Shown one piece after another: positions 28,283 to 38,480 of a stretch of 64,000 nucleotides of DNA (position 1 is the first letter of the stretch; each line of letters opens with the position of its first letter). Under the pieces are notes generated by a model, which was not told the DNA's origin, did not search any database, and worked only from the letters and a program-made list of their open reading frames with translations. Position numbers and translations under genes: made by a program. Location of the stretch: the IMG/VR virus record IMGVR_UViG_3300031746_000008, positions 1 through 64,000 of that record; one strand, 5' to 3'. The DNA comes from a virus. Taxonomy: Duplodnaviria; Caudoviricetes.

Positions 28283-29398
28283 ATGATTAAAAATTTTCCC
28301 ACACTTTATTCAAAAAACAATGATGGTTCAATCCAACAATGGAATATATCTGTAAAAGATAATATAATTATTAAAAAATATGGTAAAATAAATGGCAAAA
28401 TCCAGGAAACAAAAGATGAAATAAATGCAGGGAAAAACATCGGAAAGGTCAATGAAACTTCCCCAGAAGAACAAACTTTGTCTGAAGCACAATCCCAATG
28501 GGAGAAAAAATTAAAATCAGGATACTGTCAAACAGAGGCGGAAGCGAGACAAGGAAAAGTGGATACAGCGTGGATTTCGGGCGGTGCAGAGCCTATGTTG
28601 GCCCATAAATTTAGAGACCATGAATCAAAGATAACATATCCGGCGTATTCTCAACCAAAATTGGATGGACATAGATGTATAGCTATAATATATAGGGGAA
28701 AGTGTGAGTTGTGGAGTAGAACGCGCAAACCAATAACTAGCGTCCCGCACATTATTAAAGCCATGGAAGAAACCTTTCCAAAGCAGCCTATAGTTTGTGA
28801 TGGAGAGCTTTATAATCATTTATATAAAAATAAATTTGAAGAAATAACTTCTTTAATAAGATCTCAGTCTCCAAAAGAAAATCATACCGTAGTAGAGTAT
28901 CATGTTTACGATTTAGTATCTAACACTTTAACTTTTAAAGAGAGAACAGAAAAAATCCAAAAAATAAAATTCGCCAGCGATAAAATAGTGAAGGTAGAGA
29001 CCAGAAAAGTTAATAATGTTGAAGAATTGATGGAATATTTTACCAAAGATCTAGAAACTGGATATGAAGGTTCTATGGTAAGGAACTCGAAAAGTCTTTA
29101 TAAACACGGAAGATCCTACGATTTACAAAAAATTAAATCATTCTCCGACGATGAATTCGAAATCATAGGTGTAAAAAATGGGAAAGGGAGAATGGTAGAT
29201 TGTGCAATTTTTATATGTAGGACGAAAACGGGTAATGAATTTTCCTGCAAAATGGAAGGGTCTTTGGGAAATCTTAAAAAATATCTAATTAATCCAGAAA
29301 TAGTTATTGGAAAACAAATAACTGTCAAATTTCAAAATCTAACCTCTGATGGATTACCACGATTCCCTGTCGGAGTTCGTGTTGAAGAAGATATTTAA
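28283..29398 (+). CDS. lig: ATP-dependent DNA ligase
   Basis: PMLA, QPKLDGHR, DGELY, YD, YEGSMVR, KIK, RFP motifs; N-terminal WGR-like domain; CAGGAG RBS. Confidence 0.92.
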   Translation: MIKNFPTLYSKNNDGSIQQWNISVKDNIIIKKYGKINGKIQETKDEINAGKNIGKVNETSPEEQTLSEAQSQWEKKLKSGYCQTEAEARQGKVDTAWISGGAEPMLAHKFRDHESKITYPAYSQPKLDGHRCIAIIYRGKCELWSRTRKPITSVPHIIKAMEETFPKQPIVCDGELYNHLYKNKFEEITSLIRSQSPKENHTVVEYHVYDLVSNTLTFKERTEKIQKIKFASDKIVKVETRKVNNVEELMEYFTKDLETGYEGSMVRNSKSLYKHGRSYDLQKIKSFSDDEFEIIGVKNGKGRMVDCAIFICRTKTGNEFSCKMEGSLGNLKKYLINPEIVIGKQITVKFQNLTSDGLPRFPVGVRVEEDI

Positions 29399-29417
29399 AA
29401 GGAAGGATATATCGTGA

Positions 29418-30077
29418 ATGAAATTTGTTGATTTAACAGGATTAAAATTTAGTAGATTAACAGTTATGAAAAGAATTGGTTATGCAAAAGATGGACACAT
29501 AACATGGTCTTGTTTGTGTGAATGCGGCAAGGAAATAATTGTTCCTGGAAATAGTCTTAGGAGCGGGAATACAAAGAGTTGTGGATGTCTATATAAAGAA
29601 AAAATAAAAAATGGATTAAATTTAAAGCATGGTCTTGCAAGAAATAAAAAATCAAAAATATATAAAACATGGCAAGATATGAAATCTAGATGTTTTAATA
29701 AAAATAATAAAGATTATAAAAATTATGGAGAACGAGGAATAACTGTTTGTGAAAGATGGTTAAACAAGAAAACTGGGTTTGAAAATTTTCTTGAAGATAT
29801 TGGCGAAATACCAAAAGGATTAACGTTAGACAGAATAGATAATAATGGAAATTATGATTTTAACAATTGGAAACTGTCTTCTAGAAAAGAGCAACGTAGA
29901 AATCAACGTTGGAATAGACCAATAACATTTAATAATAAAACACAATTTTTAATAGATTGGGCGAAAGAATATAATATTAATCCAAATACATTATGGATCA
30001 GATTATATAGGCTTGGGTGGTCAATAGAAAAGGCATTAACAACACCAGTTAAAAAATATAGAAAAAAAATAAAATGA
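29418..30077 (+). CDS. Homing endonuclease-like protein, HNH family A
   Basis: DLTGLKFSRL..CLCECG..SCGC..YGERGI..LDRIDN. Confidence 0.8.
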   Translation: MKFVDLTGLKFSRLTVMKRIGYAKDGHITWSCLCECGKEIIVPGNSLRSGNTKSCGCLYKEKIKNGLNLKHGLARNKKSKIYKTWQDMKSRCFNKNNKDYKNYGERGITVCERWLNKKTGFENFLEDIGEIPKGLTLDRIDNNGNYDFNNWKLSSRKEQRRNQRWNRPITFNNKTQFLIDWAKEYNINPNTLWIRLYRLGWSIEKALTTPVKKYRKKIK

Positions 30078-30291
30078 AAAGACAGATTAAAAAATTAAAT
30101 ACATTTAATAGAAAATTACAAAAATTGGCCAAAGACATAAACGAAGAAACAAAAAGATTAACAAAAATTACAAATATAAATATCAAAGTTTTTGAGGATG
30201 ACCCTGATGAATTAGATGACATAGATCTTCTCTGGGATAATTTAGATACATTGTGTGAAGATGTTATAAGATATACTGTGTGCAATCCTTT

Positions 30292-30810
30292 ATGAAAAAA
30301 TTAAAACAAGAAAATAAAAAAGATCAGAAAAAACACCACAAGAAAATACTGGCGGTTTTAATCGGACCTCCTGGTTCTGGAAAGTCATATTATTGCGCAC
30401 ACACATTATATAATTACTATAGAGTCTCACAAGATGAACAAAAGAAGGGGCATTACAAAAAGTTCCTAGAAACATTGTTGTCTGGCCAAGATTTGATTGT
30501 AATTGACCGTATGAATTTTAACGTTGTTCAACGTTTACAATACGTCTTACCGGCACAAAAACTTAAATATAAAATAATGTATTATTTTTTTACTTGCCCG
30601 GACAATATCCTACTTCAAAGAATGAGAGATAGGAAGGGGCATCCTACAGTTAAAAGTAATGATTATAATAAGCATAAAGAATTAATAGAATTTTTCAAGA
30701 ATAATTATGAAGAACCTGGAAGTCTTGAAGACTTTGATATGACAGAAGTGAAAACCGGAGAAGAAAACAATATAAAGAATTGGAAAACCATAGATGAGAA
30801 AACTAGCTAA
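30292..30810 (+). CDS. P-loop polynucleotide kinase-like protein (AAA_33)
   Basis: LIGPPGSGKS, SQD, VIDRMN, R-x-x-x-R lid; overlaps the phosphoesterase-ligase gene. Confidence 0.75.
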   Translation: MKKLKQENKKDQKKHHKKILAVLIGPPGSGKSYYCAHTLYNYYRVSQDEQKKGHYKKFLETLLSGQDLIVIDRMNFNVVQRLQYVLPAQKLKYKIMYYFFTCPDNILLQRMRDRKGHPTVKSNDYNKHKELIEFFKNNYEEPGSLEDFDMTEVKTGEENNIKNWKTIDEKTS

Positions 30811-32677
30811 AACAATAGATTTGTCAGATATTAAAGATAAAAGATTTATTATAGTGGGAGATCTCCATGGATGTTTTGACCAATTAACAGAACTTTTGAA
30901 AAAATGTAATTACAATAAAGAAAAAGATATTATTATTGCAACTGGAGATCTCGTGGATCGTGGACCTAATTCTGTAGATGTATTAAAATTTTTTCTGCCA
31001 GATAATCCACACCAAGACCATCATATTTATTCCGTTTTAGGAAATCACGATTGGAAATTCTATCGCTGGTTAATTGGTAATAAGATTATTGTAGGAAAAT
31101 CACTGCAAAGAACAATAGACGAACTCCAAAATAAGTGTGTGACAGATTTAGAAAAGGGCGCTATGATCTTATATTTACAAGCCCTTCCGCACATAATACG
31201 TTTACCAGATTTAAATAACAAACCCTGTTACGTAGTTCACGCCGGAGTCGATACCAAATTTCCAATTGATAAGCAATCTTTTGAAACATGCATTTATATT
31301 AGAGGGATAGACCCTAAAAATTATTTTAACGAGAGTGCTGGATTATGGTTTGATACATTAGATGGTTCCTATTATATTTTGTCGGGTCACATAAAATCAG
31401 AGAAAGTCAACCCCGTACCGTGGAATTTTGCTTTAGACGGAGGTTGTTGCGCTGGTAAAGTGCTAAGAGCGATGGTGATCGAAAATAATCAATATTCAAT
31501 CATAGAAGTTGAAGGATATAAAATGGATGAAAAAATACCAGAGACTTTTAGAGTTATAGAAGGAAATAGTGGAGAAAAATTAATAACTCCAGAATTTGGT
31601 GTGGGTAATGAATCTTGGAAAAATTATCAATTAAGATGGTTAAGATCTTTGCACGTTGATTCTGAAGACAAGGTAATAAGTTGTGGTTTTCCGAAATTTT
31701 TTAACATAAACGAAGGAGCGGACGAATTCAAGATCACAGAACAAGATCTTTTAAATAAAAAAGATTTAATAACAACTCTAAAGTATGATGGTTCGTTACT
31801 TGTTAGGTATGTCCAAAATCAAGTTGTAAAATTTAGAACGAGAGGTTCCTTGACGGTGGGCCTTGATAATAAATATGAAATAGATGAATTTATAAAAAAA
31901 TACCCTGTATTAAACGATCCAGAGTTTTGTTCAAATCTTTCATTGTTGTTGGAATGGTGTAGCCCGGCTAACCAAATAGTTATAAAATATAGTGAACCAG
32001 ATATAATTTTAGTGGGCGCGGTTTGGTATAATAAAAACCTGCCCTGGTATGATAACGAATTCAAATTATTAACAATAAAAGAACTATCAGACATATCTTC
32101 TTTGTCTGGCATTAAATTGGTAGATAATTTTAAATTGAATAATCAAAAAGAAGTAATTAATCTTATAGAAAAATTAAAAACAGAAAAAGAAATTGAAGGA
32201 TACGTAATAAGATTGAATAATGAACAAGAATTGGTAAAAATAAAAAGCGACCACTATTTCATATTACATAGCCTCAAATCAAAACTTGATTCTTGTGCTA
32301 TAGTTGACTTATTCTTATCGTGGGAAAGACCATCATTTGAAGAATTCAAAAATAAATTCATTGCAGCTTACGACTTTGAAATTTGGACGACCATATTGCC
32401 AGCGGCCTCTTCTATAATTGATGCTTCTAAAATAGCAGATAGTGTGTATAATCATATAGTAAATTTAGTAGAAGAAAATAGAAAATTGTCAAGAAAAGAT
32501 TTTGCATTGTTGATGAAGCAAAAATATTCTGGAGAAAAATTGGCCGCTTGTTTTTCGTTGTTGGACAATAAACCCATAAAATCAAATTTATTTAAAACCA
32601 TTATCCTGCAAAATATTAAAGATTATAATTTTTCTATGTTTAAAAAAGAAAAAATAAACGACAATGAAGAAGAATAA
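30794..32677 (+). CDS. Metallophosphoesterase fused to T4 Rnl1-like RNA ligase
   Basis: GDLHG, GDLVDRG, GNHD, HAG, GH; then FPKFFN, KYDGS, TRG, LE, EGYV, KIK. Confidence 0.85.
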   Translation: MRKLAKTIDLSDIKDKRFIIVGDLHGCFDQLTELLKKCNYNKEKDIIIATGDLVDRGPNSVDVLKFFLPDNPHQDHHIYSVLGNHDWKFYRWLIGNKIIVGKSLQRTIDELQNKCVTDLEKGAMILYLQALPHIIRLPDLNNKPCYVVHAGVDTKFPIDKQSFETCIYIRGIDPKNYFNESAGLWFDTLDGSYYILSGHIKSEKVNPVPWNFALDGGCCAGKVLRAMVIENNQYSIIEVEGYKMDEKIPETFRVIEGNSGEKLITPEFGVGNESWKNYQLRWLRSLHVDSEDKVISCGFPKFFNINEGADEFKITEQDLLNKKDLITTLKYDGSLLVRYVQNQVVKFRTRGSLTVGLDNKYEIDEFIKKYPVLNDPEFCSNLSLLLEWCSPANQIVIKYSEPDIILVGAVWYNKNLPWYDNEFKLLTIKELSDISSLSGIKLVDNFKLNNQKEVINLIEKLKTEKEIEGYVIRLNNEQELVKIKSDHYFILHSLKSKLDSCAIVDLFLSWERPSFEEFKNKFIAAYDFEIWTTILPAASSIIDASKIADSVYNHIVNLVEENRKLSRKDFALLMKQKYSGEKLAACFSLLDNKPIKSNLFKTIILQNIKDYNFSMFKKEKINDNEEE

Positions 32678-33446
32678 AATTTCCTGTATTTATAAAATAA
32701 TATGTAAAAATAATAATAAATTTTATATAGGAAGTAGTATAAATATCAATATAAGATTAAATCAACACATAAGATTATTAAAACGAAATAAACATAAAAA
32801 TAAATATTTACAAAAATCTTGGAATAAATACGGTGAGAAAAATTTCCGATTTGAGATTATGGAAACTGTTCACGACATAAATCAATTACTAACAAGAGAG
32901 AAGTGGTGGATTGATACCACCGATTGTTGTAATAGAAAAATCGGTTTTAATATATCTATTAATCCTATCGCTCCAAATACAGGAAGATTCATTGATTTAA
33001 CTGGGCAAAATTTTGGAAGATTAACCCCAATTAAACACATAGGTAAAAATGAGTGGGGTCATTCGCAATGGCTGTGTAGGTGTAGTTGTGGTAAAGAAAA
33101 AATAATTCTTGGAAACAGTCTTCGCAGAGGATTAACAAAAAGTTGTGGGTGTCTTCACAACGAGGGAAATAATTTTAAACATGGCCATTCTCAAAAAGAT
33201 AAAATTTCAAGAACATATCAAAGATGGCAAAATATAATAGATAGATGTAGTAATCCAAATAATGCATCTTATGAAAATTATAATAAAATAAAAATTAAAA
33301 TATGTTATGAATGGTCAAATAAAGAAAATGGATTTAAAAATTTTTTAAAAGATATGGGTGAATGCCCAGGTAAAGAATATTCAATTTATAAAATTAATAA
33401 TAATCTTGGATACTATAAAGAAAATTGTAGGTGGGTTAAAAAATAA
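32664..33446 (+). CDS. Chimeric GIY-YIG + HNH family A endonuclease-like protein
   Basis: CIY..FYIGSS N-domain, then RFIDLTGQNFGRL..CRCSCG..SCGC..ENCRW. Confidence 0.8.
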   Translation: MKKNKISCIYKIICKNNNKFYIGSSININIRLNQHIRLLKRNKHKNKYLQKSWNKYGEKNFRFEIMETVHDINQLLTREKWWIDTTDCCNRKIGFNISINPIAPNTGRFIDLTGQNFGRLTPIKHIGKNEWGHSQWLCRCSCGKEKIILGNSLRRGLTKSCGCLHNEGNNFKHGHSQKDKISRTYQRWQNIIDRCSNPNNASYENYNKIKIKICYEWSNKENGFKNFLKDMGECPGKEYSIYKINNNLGYYKENCRWVKK

Positions 33447-33712
33447 AATAAAAATGTAGGAAAAATTATAGGAATGGCCGATGAAGAATAGAAAAACCTT
33501 AATAAAATTAAAAAAATTTATTTTAGAAATAAAAAATCTATCTAACACAGAATTATTAGAAGAATACAGAAAAAGCAACAGCGACATAGATTATAATATA
33601 GAATCAGGGATGTCTAACAATATAGAATATGATCGCAATTCAATCATACAGATGTGTATATTACATAGAATGGGGGATAATAAATCAATTAAACCAGATT
33701 TTTTCAAAAAAG

Positions 33713-34339
33713 ATGAAGAAAAATAAAGTTTCTTGTATTTATAAAATAACGTGTTTGAATAATAATAAATTCTATATAGGAAGTACTATTGATATAAATA
33801 AAAGATTAATGAATCATGTTAGTTTCTTGAAACACAATAAACATCCCAACAAATATTTACAAAATTGTTGGAATAAATACGGGGAGAAAAATTTTAAATT
33901 TGAGATAATTGAAACTATTAACGATACAAATCAACTATTACTAAAAGAAAAGTGCTGGTTAGATAATACTAATTGTTGTAACGGCAAAATAGGTTTTAAT
34001 ATTGCAACAAATCCATTTGCGTTGATGGCGGGTAGGAAGCATTCATTAAAGACAAGACAAATAATGAGTTTAACTCGCAAGAGTGAAAAATTCTTACAAA
34101 ATATGACAAAACAAAATATAATAAAAAATATATTGACTAATCTTAGAGTATTAGTAAAAGAAAATAAAAGTTTGTATGAAATATCAAAAACTATTAAAAT
34201 ATCTGATCCTACTTTAAGAAAGTGGCTAAAAATATTAGACCCTAATCTTTATTTATTATTCCAAATTAATGGAAAAAATAAAAAGAGTATGAATGGATTT
34301 AAAACCGGCCATTACTATTTCAAACATGGAACAAAATAA
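33713..34339 (+). CDS. GIY-YIG endonuclease with NUMOD3 and HTH
   Basis: CIY..FYIGST; GRKHSLKTRQIMS; N-domain close to that of 32664. Confidence 0.85.
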   Translation: MKKNKVSCIYKITCLNNNKFYIGSTIDINKRLMNHVSFLKHNKHPNKYLQNCWNKYGEKNFKFEIIETINDTNQLLLKEKCWLDNTNCCNGKIGFNIATNPFALMAGRKHSLKTRQIMSLTRKSEKFLQNMTKQNIIKNILTNLRVLVKENKSLYEISKTIKISDPTLRKWLKILDPNLYLLFQINGKNKKSMNGFKTGHYYFKHGTK

Positions 34340-34882
34340 GCCCAAACTCACCACCTAAAGTATACCCAAATTGATTTTTACAGACCTCAAGCCGATTTTA
34401 AAAGGAGAAAACCCCATGAATATAGATGACATTGTCCACGTAGACACAGACAACGAGGAATGGGGAAGAGTGGTCTCGGACGGGGTGGTTTTGGAAGTTT
34501 TTGAATCCGATGCTTTGGTTAATATTATTGATATTCGAGCCAACATTTTAGTGCCCCTGACAGATATTGTAGAGAAATAAAGTAATATTTTAAAAATAAA
34601 AGTAAAAACAACATTTAAAAATCTGACGAAGAAAATAGTGTGGTGTGTTGTCTAAAAAATTTTCATCTATAAACCATTGTCAATTATAAAGTTAACGAAT
34701 TTCAAAATTTTCTATGAAACAAAGGCGCGAAAACAAACTATATAGAGTATAGTTTTTATCTCTTATTCTCTTGTAAGATTTACTAAAAAGTAATCTCATC
34801 ACAAATCTAAAAAAGACTGCATGACAAGAACTATAAATTAATTACCAATGTTTGTGTCGTGCAAGCCTTTAGGAATAGTTAA

Positions 34883-35194
34883 ATGATATGTTATATTTGT
34901 AAAAAAGAAATAACTATAGATTCTAGGATGGCAAAGGTAATAAATATAAAACAAATACAACACGATGGAACGAATGCGAGACTAGAGTACGAGAGTGGTC
35001 AGGAAGAACTATACATACACTTTAATTGCTTAAGAATAGGAATCCCACCAACAATCTCTTGTCCCGCTAAAGACCCTAATCGTGAAAATTCTATAGTAGG
35101 TTTTCGTATAATACACAATACAAAGAAAATTTTACCTGGTGATGAATCAGAGAATACGGAATCATTAGTTAGAAACAATCTTTTAAATTTTTGA
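34883..35194 (+). CDS. Hypothetical zinc-binding protein
   Basis: CYIC...HFNC; AGGA RBS. Confidence 0.55.
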   Translation: MICYICKKEITIDSRMAKVINIKQIQHDGTNARLEYESGQEELYIHFNCLRIGIPPTISCPAKDPNRENSIVGFRIIHNTKKILPGDESENTESLVRNNLLNF

Positions 35195-35209
35195 AAGGAA
35201 ACACATTAA

Positions 35210-36610
35210 ATGAATGATTTGCTAAAAGTGTTTCCAAAAGGCAGTATTATCAAAAAATCTTTATCTAATAATTTTGGAAAAATACCTAAATATTGTAGTG
35301 ATTATCTTATATCTCAACTTGTAGATCCGGAAAATCCGGAAACCGGACTTTTAAAAATATATCAAATTTTAGATGAGCATTATGTTGAATCAAATAAAAA
35401 GGAACTAATCAAAAGCAAAATTAAAGAAATCGGTCGTTATTCTTTCTTGGGCAATTTACAGGCGAGGCTTGAAGAGGGGAAAAATGAATATTTCGCTACA
35501 ATTAATGTTTTAGAAAACTCTAACGTAAGAATTCACGAATCTGTATTGGAAAATTTTGGCGAAACATTATTAACAACCGGATGTTTCGGCTCGATGGTTG
35601 TAGCCTATGATCCAGACTATCTTGTTAAAAAGAAAAACTATCCGTTTGTCGTGATAGAATTTGTGCCTTTACAAATTACAAAAATAAATTTGCAATCATG
35701 GATAAATAATAGAAATAATTTTTCATTTGAAGAATGGCTAAATTTAATAATTAATTCAATTGGATTTGATCCATCTAATTTGTCTTTTGATGAAAAAATG
35801 ATCTATATTTATCGGTTAATGCCATTTGTTGAACCAAATTTAAATCTAATAGAATTAGGTGGTGTAGAAACAGGGAAAACATTTTTTTATAGAAGTCTTA
35901 GTAATTATAGTTTTGTTTTATCTGGGTCTCAAACGACGGTCGCAAGTTTATTTTATAATAAGCTACGAAGAAAAGTAGGATTACTTGGCCAAAAAGATGT
36001 CGTCGCCTTTGACGAGATTGCACATTCTAAATTTTCTCAACAAGATTTAACAGACATATTAAAAGATTATATGGGGAACGGGAGATTCGGGAGAGATAAT
36101 TTTGATTTTTCTTCTGGGTGTTCACTGGTGTTTCTCGGTAACATTGATTGTGATAGACAAACAAAAACAGTAAAGGGCTATTATCAACATTTATTTAAGC
36201 CTTTGCCCCCTAGTTTAAATTCGGATCGTGCATTTTTGGATAGAATTCATGGGTATATAGGTGGCTGGGGTGCTGCACAAATATCGGAATCGTTAATGTC
36301 TAAAGGAGAGGGGTTTGTAGCAGACTATTTAGCTGAAATTTTCCACAAACTTAGAAATAAAGACTACTCGCACGTCATTTCTTCTCGCGTTATTTTCGAT
36401 AAAATTGGTATGCGGAATCAGATTGCGGTAACAAAAATGGTTTCCGCTATGATTAAAATATTATTTCCATTTTCTATTAATGACGATGAATTAAAACTGG
36501 TTATGGACAAGGCAATAGAATTAAGACAGAGAGTTGTCGATCAATTGACCATTATCAATTCTGGAGAATTTAAAGGAAATAAAATAGAATATAAAATAAA
36601 AGGAGAATGA
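35210..36610 (+). CDS. brxL: BrxL-like (MCM-related AAA+) ATPase lacking the Lon protease domain
   Basis: RLMPFVE.N.NLIELG...TGKT, TVASLFYN, DVVAFDE, LKDYM..G.F.R, AFLDRIH.YI.GW, GF..DYLAE..H.LR. Confidence 0.8.
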   Translation: MNDLLKVFPKGSIIKKSLSNNFGKIPKYCSDYLISQLVDPENPETGLLKIYQILDEHYVESNKKELIKSKIKEIGRYSFLGNLQARLEEGKNEYFATINVLENSNVRIHESVLENFGETLLTTGCFGSMVVAYDPDYLVKKKNYPFVVIEFVPLQITKINLQSWINNRNNFSFEEWLNLIINSIGFDPSNLSFDEKMIYIYRLMPFVEPNLNLIELGGVETGKTFFYRSLSNYSFVLSGSQTTVASLFYNKLRRKVGLLGQKDVVAFDEIAHSKFSQQDLTDILKDYMGNGRFGRDNFDFSSGCSLVFLGNIDCDRQTKTVKGYYQHLFKPLPPSLNSDRAFLDRIHGYIGGWGAAQISESLMSKGEGFVADYLAEIFHKLRNKDYSHVISSRVIFDKIGMRNQIAVTKMVSAMIKILFPFSINDDELKLVMDKAIELRQRVVDQLTIINSGEFKGNKIEYKIKGE

Positions 36611-36611
36611 T

Positions 36612-36860
36612 GTGAAGGGAAATTTTTATATACAAAAGACGATAGAAGGATTACAAACAGAAAAACCCAGGAAGAATATTGGATACATTTCCTGTAATGA
36701 TAAAAAATTAAATTGTTTTCTTGAAGACAATTCTTTTATGTTGAAAATGGATGTTTTAGACATTATGATATCTGCGGACGGAATTTTGTTTAAAGGAATA
36801 GAAGATTTGAATGGGCGAAAATTATATCAAGAATTATGGTTTATACCCAGAGGAAAATAA
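36612..36860 (+). CDS. Hypothetical protein
   Basis: AAGGAG RBS directly after the brxL-like gene. Confidence 0.55.
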   Translation: MKGNFYIQKTIEGLQTEKPRKNIGYISCNDKKLNCFLEDNSFMLKMDVLDIMISADGILFKGIEDLNGRKLYQELWFIPRGK

Positions 36861-36925
36861 TGGAAGAAATTTGGAAATCAATTATTAATTATGAAGGATT
36901 ATATCAAGTATCTAATTGTGGGATA
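36860..36925 (+). pseudogene. NUMOD4 remnant interrupted by the IS605-like element
   Basis: MEEIWKSIINYEGLYQVSNCGI; continues in frame as VKRTEV* at 38459 once the IS is removed. Confidence 0.75.
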
Positions 36926-36942
36926 CTGACATACTCTCTATG

Positions 36943-37965
36943 CTAAAGCGATAGAGGTTCTGGGGTTAATCGCATTAAAACCATTGCCCCTTGAGCAATA
37001 TCAGAGTTGCTCTCTATTAAATCCCTGTCTTTAATCGAACGAACACACATTGATGCTTTTGCTATATTGAATGCGGCATTGGCATCTGCGTGGTCATTGT
37101 GGCCACAGCCACACAAGAAATTTTTTTTATTTCTATTTTCTTTTTTTATCAGTCCACATCTACTACAGGTTTGACTTGTATAATGGGGATCAACATAAAA
37201 AACTTTAACACCAAGCAACTTGGCCTTATATTTTATAAAAGTTTCTAATTGATAAAATGGCCAATTGGATTTGATATTATTAAATACTCTCCCTTGATTT
37301 TTATTTGTTTTATTTAATTTTTCTAATTTTATTGCATAGTTTTTCTCCTTTGCTATATTTATTATTTTTCTACTAATCTTATGGTTAATGTCTTTAATAA
37401 TTCTACTTTCTTTATTTTTTAGTTTTTTAATGAAATTATATTTTTTAAGTTTTTGAGCACCACTTCTAATGTTTTTGTATTTGTTTCTTATATGTTGTGC
37501 TCTTTTACCCATTTTTAATATTTTATGATCTATTGCGCAAACTGCAATGTGTCCGGTTGCATTTCTATCAATACCGATATATCCAATTTCTTTTATTGGG
37601 GTCTCATCCAAAACCGTACAAGAAATATATGCATAGACATTATCTAATTCTATTTGATTTATTTTTTCTACTTGCTTATTAAAACAAAGATTCAGTTTCA
37701 AAGAAGATATATAAATATTATTATTTAAAAATTTGATGCCCTGCCCAGGTATTGTTAATTTAACAGATTTTATATTTTTGCATTTTTTATTTCTTGAATA
37801 TTTCCTTAAGATTTGATTTGATATTACGGATTTAAGTCCAAAACATTTAACATCTTTACTAGATAATGTCCTTGTTCTTATTGCAAATTCAGCAATTCTT
37901 TTTGCAATAGATAATTCCTTTAAAAGATTCTTATTGTGTTTTATTTTATAAGTTAACTTAGACAT
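36943..37965 (-). CDS. tnpB: RNA-guided endonuclease TnpB
   Basis: GIDRN / KLEKL / HADANAA RuvC triad; TSQTCSRCG..CGCG zinc ribbon; start re-called to ATG 37965, overlapping the tnpA stop. Confidence 0.9.
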   Translation of the reverse strand: MSKLTYKIKHNKNLLKELSIAKRIAEFAIRTRTLSSKDVKCFGLKSVISNQILRKYSRNKKCKNIKSVKLTIPGQGIKFLNNNIYISSLKLNLCFNKQVEKINQIELDNVYAYISCTVLDETPIKEIGYIGIDRNATGHIAVCAIDHKILKMGKRAQHIRNKYKNIRSGAQKLKKYNFIKKLKNKESRIIKDINHKISRKIINIAKEKNYAIKLEKLNKTNKNQGRVFNNIKSNWPFYQLETFIKYKAKLLGVKVFYVDPHYTSQTCSRCGLIKKENRNKKNFLCGCGHNDHADANAAFNIAKASMCVRSIKDRDLIESNSDIAQGAMVLMRLTPEPLSL

Positions 37966-38371
37966 TTTTTTGATCTTGGATATATTTTTTAACAGTTTCC
38001 AAAGAAACGCATCCAACAGAAGAAATAAATCTTGATTTAGTCCACAAAGTAGGTAGTTTTGATTTTAATTCCGGGAATTCATTCCTTAACATATTTGATG
38101 TACATCCTTTTATTTTTGATATTATAGTATATATTCCTCTTTTGGGATTAACTTCTATTAATAAATGTACGTGATCTGTCATTATTTCTAATTCTATAAT
38201 ATTGTATTTATATTCTTCTTGTTTTAAGTAGATTATTTCTTTTAATCTATCAGCGATTTTATCTAATAATATACTTCTTCTATATTTAGGACAAAAAATA
38301 ACGTGATATTGACAAGAATAAATTAATCCATTGTCTTTATTGTATATTTTATTAGGGTTATTAATTATCAT
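37958..38371 (-). CDS. tnpA: IS200-family Y1 (HUH) transposase
   Basis: YHVIFCPKYRR, DHVHL (HUH), LW, KKYI-x-x-Q catalytic Tyr. Confidence 0.95.
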   Translation of the reverse strand: MIINNPNKIYNKDNGLIYSCQYHVIFCPKYRRSILLDKIADRLKEIIYLKQEEYKYNIIELEIMTDHVHLLIEVNPKRGIYTIISKIKGCTSNMLRNEFPELKSKLPTLWTKSRFISSVGCVSLETVKKYIQDQKNV

Positions 38372-38480
38372 ATATCAACCCGCGACACATACCCGATCTA
38401 TTATACACAAAATTCATCCAGAATTCTAAAGAATTTCGGCTTTCTTTTGTAATTTCTTGTAAAAAGAACGGAGGTGTAAT

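Larger units (their letters stand above)
36926..38458 (-). mobile_element. IS605/IS608-like element (tnpA + tnpB)
   Basis: Left end TTAC|15 nt|AAAG-hairpin; right end GAAC-hairpin-GAGTATG-TCAG; no target duplication. Confidence 0.92.
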
